Positions 59,443 through 64,000 of a DNA stretch of 64,000 nt are shown in pieces. The number at the start of each line of letters is the position of its first letter. Positions within the stretch are counted from its first letter, which is position 1. The DNA lies in NCBI GenBank assembly GCA_964450345.1, contig CAYVEL010000001.1:16671-80670 (forward strand), written 5' to 3'. This DNA is from an uncultured Candidatus Saccharibacteria bacterium. Its GTDB lineage: Bacteria > Patescibacteriota > Minisyncoccia > Phycocordibacterales > PALSA-1337. The position numbers and the translations under genes are program-made. A model generated the notes under the pieces. That model worked only from the letters and a program-made list of their open reading frames with translations, searched no databases and was not told where the DNA came from.

Positions 59443-60378
59443 ATGTCGCAAAACATAGAAGAAATGAAGAAACAGTTCTTAGAGTATGTTGAAATAGAAA
59501 AAGGACGTAGTCTAAAAACTGTTGAAAACTATGAGCATTATCTATCTGTTTTCCTAGATTTCGCCAAGATTAAGAGTCCAGAACAGATTACCGACTCCCT
59601 ATTAAGAGAGTATAGATTGTGGCTTAATAGAAGAGAATCTGGTTCAAAAAAAGACGGCATTAAAGAAACTTTAAAAAGAAAGACTCAAAATTATTATCTT
59701 ATTGCTCTAAGGTCTTTTCTTAAATATATGTCAAAACGTGGCTTAAATACTATGCCTGGTGAGCGAATTGAACTCGCTAAGGTTCCTGAAAGATCACTAG
59801 ATTTGATATCTCTACCAGAATTGGGTCGTATAATTGCTGCCCCAGATACTTCTAATCTTAGAGGTTTAAGAGATAGAGCTATTTTAGAGACCTTATTTTC
59901 TACTGGTTTACGTGTTTCTGAATTATGTGGTTTACCTAGAGAGCTTGATTTAAGTCATGATGAATTCTCTGTTCGCGGTAAAGGCGATAAAATTAGAGTA
60001 GTGTTCATGTCAGAAGATGCTAAAACTGCCATAAAAGCTTATTTAGCTAAACGAGATGATATGGATGATGCAATGTTTGTTCAAATAAACAACAAAAAAC
60101 TGGCTGAAGATAAGGATAAAACACTCAGATTGACTCCTAGATCAGTAGAGAGAATAGTAAAATATTATGCAATCAAAGCGGGTGTTTCAAAAAAGGTCAC
60201 TCCCCACGTTCTTAGACATTCGTTTGCTACTGATTTGCTTAGAAACGGTGCGGATCTACGCTCGGTACAAATGTTACTAGGTCACGCTAATATCGGAACA
60301 ACGCAGATATATACACATATAACAGACAGTGAACTTAGAGACGTGCATAAGAAGTTTCACGGGAAAAGTAAGATTTAA
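59443..60378 (+). CDS. tyrosine site-specific recombinase, XerC/XerD-like
   Basis: N-terminal SAM-like domain; RHSFATDLLRNGADLRSVQMLLGHANIGTTQIYTH catalytic region. Confidence 0.8.
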   Translation: MSQNIEEMKKQFLEYVEIEKGRSLKTVENYEHYLSVFLDFAKIKSPEQITDSLLREYRLWLNRRESGSKKDGIKETLKRKTQNYYLIALRSFLKYMSKRGLNTMPGERIELAKVPERSLDLISLPELGRIIAAPDTSNLRGLRDRAILETLFSTGLRVSELCGLPRELDLSHDEFSVRGKGDKIRVVFMSEDAKTAIKAYLAKRDDMDDAMFVQINNKKLAEDKDKTLRLTPRSVERIVKYYAIKAGVSKKVTPHVLRHSFATDLLRNGADLRSVQMLLGHANIGTTQIYTHITDSELRDVHKKFHGKSKI

Positions 60379-60454
60379 GCTATTAAAATATAAGCAAAAA
60401 TATAAAAATGGATTTAAAAATCCATTTTTATGTTTTTTGTGTTAAATTTAGTGT

Positions 60455-61249
60455 ATGAAAATCATTTGTTGGAATGTTAACGGAATTCGCGCTTTGGTAA
60501 AAAAGGGCGCATTTGATTGGTTAATTAACGAATCTCCAGACATTTTCTGCTTTCAGGAGACCAAAGCCCATCCAGAACAATTAGACGATTCCGTTAAGAA
60601 TTTAGAAGGTTACACATCATATTTTGACCATTCTAAGGTAAAAAAGGGATATAGTGGTGTAGCCGTATATACTAAAAGTAAACCAGAAAAGGTGGAATAT
60701 GGTATGGGTATTCCAGAATTTGATGAAGAAGGACGTATGCTTGCTTTATTTTTTGGTGGCGATGCCTTCTCTGGTCAGATGAGTAGTCCATTTTTGTTTG
60801 TTAACTGTTACTTCCCCAATGGTGGCGGTGGTCCAGAAAGATTAGATTATAAAATGCGTTTTTATGATGCATTCCTAAAATATGTTGAAAAATATACACA
60901 AAAAGGTATTCCTGTTATATTTTGTGGTGATGTTAATACTGCTCATAAAGAAATCGACTTAGCTAGACCGAAAGAGAATGAAAAAAATACCGGCTTCTTG
61001 CCTATGGAAAGAGCCTGGATTGATGAAGTTGTTAAGCTTGGTTATGTAGATACATTTAGAAAATTTTATCCGAATTTAGAAAATAAATTTTCTTGGTGGG
61101 ATATGAAAACTTTTGCACGAGAAAGAAATGTTGGTTGGAGAATTGATTACTTTTTTGCAAATAAGTTTGCTATAGATAAAATAAAAAATGCAAAAATTCA
61201 CGAAAAGATTTTAGGAAGTGATCATTGCCCTATTTCTATAGATATATAA
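60455..61249 (+). CDS. xthA: exodeoxyribonuclease III / AP endonuclease
   Basis: MKIICWNVNGIRA...FCFQETK...C-terminal SDHCP. Confidence 0.9.
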   Translation: MKIICWNVNGIRALVKKGAFDWLINESPDIFCFQETKAHPEQLDDSVKNLEGYTSYFDHSKVKKGYSGVAVYTKSKPEKVEYGMGIPEFDEEGRMLALFFGGDAFSGQMSSPFLFVNCYFPNGGGGPERLDYKMRFYDAFLKYVEKYTQKGIPVIFCGDVNTAHKEIDLARPKENEKNTGFLPMERAWIDEVVKLGYVDTFRKFYPNLENKFSWWDMKTFARERNVGWRIDYFFANKFAIDKIKNAKIHEKILGSDHCPISIDI

Positions 61250-61263
61250 AATATGGCTTATAA

Positions 61264-61283
61264 TAAAGACTTTTATGTCTTTT
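61264..61283 (+). terminator. short hairpin AAAGACTTTTATGTCTTT + T-rich tail after xthA
   Basis: seen in sequence. Confidence 0.4.
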
Positions 61284-61293
61284 AAATAGTAAG

Positions 61294-61325
61294 AACAAAA
61301 TGTCCTTTATAAAGGACATTTTGTT
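61294..61325. repeat. 32-bp perfect palindrome AACAAAATGTCCTTTATAAAGGACATTTTGTT
   Basis: seen in sequence; followed by perfect DnaA box TTATCCACA (61333-61341) and two direct TGTCCTTTA copies (61346-61364). Confidence 0.8.
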
Positions 61326-61747
61326 TACAGAGTTATCCACATAATTGTCCTTTACATGTCCTTTATATAAAAATATAATTATCTGCAGGTAAGACGGATT
61401 AGTGACATGTGGTCACTGAGGATGTCTCAGATCTTTAAATAATTTTTTTGAGGGTTAGTGGTTATCCCTCAATCTCAGTTCTAAAAGATTCGAGCTCTCA
61501 AGCGAGAATCGATGTAGAGATCTGTTCGGCAAATTGGACACAATGGCTTTCCCAATAATATTTTTTTGAAAGACCAGAATAGTGTCTCACGAATAGATTC
61601 TCGTAGTTTGAATCGTCCTGATGTTTAGGCTTAAATGCTTTAACTGCCTGATTGCCAGGAGGATTCCTTGTAAGTTTGCTAGCCCTTGCTAGCTGTTAGT
61701 TTAGTTCTTTTGATCTTTTGTTCCTTGTTCTTTTTGTTTCGACGCGT

Positions 61748-61782
61748 AAGGCCCTTCGAGAAGAAGGGCCTTTGTTATTTCT
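61748..61782 (+). terminator. strong plus-strand terminator GGCCCTTCGAGAAGAAGGGCC + TTTGTTATTT
   Basis: 8-bp GC-rich stem with T-run only in plus orientation; no upstream ORF. Confidence 0.65.
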
Positions 61783-61838
61783 AATATTTATTAAGCAATA
61801 AGCTTTTACTATGAGGGGGTGATTTAATAGTAAAAACC

Positions 61839-63323
61839 TTATTTTACCTTGAATTTTCCACGTATTTTAGCTATTTCCTCCTCCTCTTTTTCTTGTTTTT
61901 TAGCTTTTCCCTTATCTGATAGTTCTTTTAGGGTAGTTATGTCTAATGTATTGAGTTTTAAAGCTTTTCCTTCCAGGTACTCTGCTGTATTAAGATTCGG
62001 ATCTTCTAAAACTTCTTCCATTAACGCATTAAGTATTAAGCCTATTTTTGGTCCAGGTGTTTCCCGTGTAACCTCCATTATTCGGGAACCATCGATTTTC
62101 AGCATACCTACAGTAACAGGTGCTCTTAAAGCTTCTTCTATCATTGATTGATATTTTCTGAACCTATATGGTTCTTCTTTCGGTCTTCCTGTTCCTATTC
62201 TGTCACAGATTCTTACATACATAAGGTCCCAAATGTTTTCACGCCCAACATTTGCAACCATTCTTCTTACCGCGGATAGGGTTATTTGTTCTGGATCAGA
62301 GAAAAACATGTGCCATCTTACTAGCTTTGTTACCTTTTCGATTGTTTTCACGGGAAACTTAAGTCTATCAAGGACTTTCTTTGTTACACGTGAACCAACA
62401 ACTTCGTGACCGAAAAACGTATTTTCTCCTGTTTCATGTGAAAATCTCTTTGTTTCTGGCTTTGATATATCGTGAAATAGGGCAGTAAGTCTTATTTCTA
62501 AGCTATATTCCTTATCAGCAGCGTGTTGGAGGCTCTTAAGTAGATGTTCCCATACGCTATAAATATGAGCTCCTTTTTGCGTAACACCTATACCGGTCTC
62601 TAGTTCTGGTATGAAATACTTAAGTAATCCTGTTTCATGTGAAAGAATAAGGCCGTCCATAGGTCTTGGTGACATTATTATCTTTATGAACTCGTCCCTT
62701 ATTCTCTCTGCTGAAATCTTTGAAATAAGGCTAGAATTAGCAATTATGGCCTTTTTTGTATCGATGTTTAACGTGAAACCAAGTTCAGACGAGAATCTGA
62801 TAGCTCTTAGCATTCTTAAGGCGTCTTCTCTGAACCTATCCTCTGCTTTTCCTACGGTTCTTATAGTTTTGTCCATTAGATCTTTTCTTCCGTTATATAG
62901 ATCAGTTATTTCCGCGCTATTGTCCTTTATAGAGAGCGCTAGCGCATTCATGGTAAAATCCCTTCGTCCAAGATCATCTTCCAGCTTATCGCTAAATTTG
63001 ACGTCTTTAGGGTGTCTATAATCTTCGTACTGACCTTCGATTCTGAATGGAGTTACTTCTACAATATTTTTTTCATTGTTTTCATCTACTACTCCGACTG
63101 TTCCAAAAGTATTTTCATAGAATGTTCTAGGGAATAGGGCTACTATTTGTTCAGGTGTTGCGCTAGTTGTAATATCCCAGTCTTTTGGTTCTCTTTTAAT
63201 TAAGACATCTCTAACACAACCACCTACTAAGTAAGCTTTATAGCCATTTTTCTCTAAAGTATTTAAAACCTTTATAGACAGTTCTGGTATTGTTATTTTA
63301 CGTCCAAAAAGATCGATTTCCAT
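61839..63323 (-). CDS. cca: CCA-adding enzyme / tRNA nucleotidyltransferase with HD domain
   Basis: LVGGCVRDVLI...DWDITT head domain, HD domain; start trimmed to MEIDLFGRK because upstream extension is translation of tRNA-Arg gene. Confidence 0.85.
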   Translation of the reverse strand: MEIDLFGRKITIPELSIKVLNTLEKNGYKAYLVGGCVRDVLIKREPKDWDITTSATPEQIVALFPRTFYENTFGTVGVVDENNEKNIVEVTPFRIEGQYEDYRHPKDVKFSDKLEDDLGRRDFTMNALALSIKDNSAEITDLYNGRKDLMDKTIRTVGKAEDRFREDALRMLRAIRFSSELGFTLNIDTKKAIIANSSLISKISAERIRDEFIKIIMSPRPMDGLILSHETGLLKYFIPELETGIGVTQKGAHIYSVWEHLLKSLQHAADKEYSLEIRLTALFHDISKPETKRFSHETGENTFFGHEVVGSRVTKKVLDRLKFPVKTIEKVTKLVRWHMFFSDPEQITLSAVRRMVANVGRENIWDLMYVRICDRIGTGRPKEEPYRFRKYQSMIEEALRAPVTVGMLKIDGSRIMEVTRETPGPKIGLILNALMEEVLEDPNLNTAEYLEGKALKLNTLDITTLKELSDKGKAKKQEKEEEEIAKIRGKFKVK

Positions 63324-63354
63324 TGATTTTATTGTTATTTTAAGGGTTAAATTG

Positions 63355-63427
63355 TGCGCCCGGCAGGACTTGAACCTACAACCCCTTGGTCCGAAGCCAA
63401 GTGCTCTATCCATTGAGCCACGGGCGC
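63355..63427 (-). tRNA. tRNA-Arg (anticodon TCG)
   Basis: GCGCCCG acceptor, D-arm GCTC-AATGGATA-GAGC, anticodon stem CTTGG/CCAAG with loop CTTCGGA, T-loop GGTTCAAGTCC, CGGGCGC-A. Confidence 0.85.
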
Positions 63428-63623
63428 TTAATTAGAATAATAGCTTGATTTATTGTTTTTTTCTAGTGTAATTTTGTTTTGAGATACTACTCTTTTATAT
63501 TTAAAAATATGTTTAAGGTAAAATTTTGCCCAATAAAGTTTGCATTTGCTATTGTTTTGGTGCATAATATTCGGAGCCAGATTCTACTTTTGTAAGTTTG
63601 ATTTGGTTATATGTTAGATATAA

Positions 63624-63694
63624 GCGGGTATGGTTTAGTGGTAGCATGCGTCCTTGCCAAGGACGAGGTGGGAGTTCGATTCTCCCTACCCGCA
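63624..63694 (+). tRNA. tRNA-Gly (anticodon GCC)
   Basis: GCGGGTA acceptor, anticodon stem CGTCC/GGACG loop TTGCCAA, T-arm GGGAG-TTCGATT-CTCCC, TACCCGC-A. Confidence 0.85.
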
Positions 63695-63923
63695 CATTAT
63701 TTTGTTCGATAGTTTGGAATATTTCTTTTTCTTTATTAAACTCATTCTTTTGATTGTTTGAGTGGTTGTTTTTGTCTTAAACAAACCTTATCAGACCTAA
63801 GTTATACAAGTCTGGTCTTTGATATTGTTTTAAATAAAATACAATGTCTTTGAATTTATTTGAGCTAACAGGGAGGCTTCTGTCTAATTGAAAACTATAT
63901 TTTTCAACATTATTATGAATAAC

Positions 63924-63976
63924 TGTGGATAACTATGGGGATATTGTTTATAAAGGACATATTTTTATAAAGGAAA
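63924..63976. promoter_or_regulatory. perfect DnaA box TGTGGATAA plus ATAAAGGACA motifs (same motif family as 61294-61364)
   Basis: seen in sequence. Confidence 0.4.
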
Positions 63977-64000
63977 CTCAATTAGACCTTGAAAAATAAG

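Noticed and set aside
61380-61790. tmRNA or RNase P RNA identity for the ORF-free region
   Set aside because: Could not find tRNA-like 3' end (TTCGANTCC...CCA), tag ORF ending in canonical Ala-Ala-stop, or RNase P P4 motifs (GGAAAGTCCGG / ACAGAACCCGGCTTA) by eye; left as unassigned candidate ncRNA.
61839-63413. 524-aa version of cca ORF
   Set aside because: First 30 codons (..GFGPRGCRFKSCRAHN..) are a translation of tRNA-Arg(TCG) at 63355-63427; true start taken as 63323.
59443-63700. Xer recombinase + tRNA genes + inverted DnaA-box motifs as an integrated mobile element
   Set aside because: Intervening genes are core housekeeping (xthA, cca); no phage/transposase genes or direct-repeat att sites recognised; recombinase domain architecture is XerC/D-like.

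Overview
The window is AT-rich, compact and gene-dense. The gene content looks like a small monoderm (Gram-positive-type envelope) bacterial genome, possibly a Patescibacteria/CPR-like (Saccharibacteria-like) lineage; that assignment is inference only. The window covers the chromosomal replication-origin neighbourhood: rpmH-rnpA-yidC lies divergent from dnaA-dnaN, DnaA-box clusters are present, and a small DUF721/DciA-like ORF follows dnaN. Many housekeeping genes are present: ruvA, ruvB-yebC-ruvC, ruvX, polA, pcrA, mutM, xthA, holA-like, tsaE, tyrS, murE-like, class A PBP, amidase, LysM-M23 peptidase, pnp, rpsO, rpsT, rsmA, cca, gpmA, comM, xer recombinase, and an HxlR-nitroreductase pair. 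Type IV pilus assembly genes are present at two unlinked loci: pilM-pilN-pilO-like at 714-3116 and pilB at 23102-24769. I identified six tRNA genes: Arg-TCT, Ser-TGA, Arg-GCG, Lys-TTT, Arg-TCG and Gly-GCC. The most striking feature is a tightly packed minus-strand operon of about 10.6 kb (37090-47735) that looks like a minimal VirB/type IV secretion-like apparatus. It carries a VirB4-family ATPase that appears split into two ORFs, VirB3-like and VirB6-like polytopic membrane proteins, and a VirB2/TrbC-like pilin domain fused to a long coiled coil. It also carries several secreted or membrane proteins with no recognisable family, one of them with thrombospondin-type Ca-binding repeats. No coupling protein, relaxase or integrase is present. 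Other notable items follow. A 1296-aa signal-peptide surface protein combines a lipase-like alpha/beta-hydrolase segment (GHSMG), three FN3-like repeats, a Thr/Pro linker and repeated Cys motifs. A strongly GC-enriched lipoprotein gene sits in otherwise AT-rich DNA. Several unexplained structured noncoding regions exist, most prominently a roughly 400-nt ORF-free stretch with its own terminator at 61380-61790. This is preceded by a 32-bp perfect palindrome, a perfect DnaA box and repeated TGTCCTTTA motifs. No CRISPR array, transposase or prophage genes were recognised.
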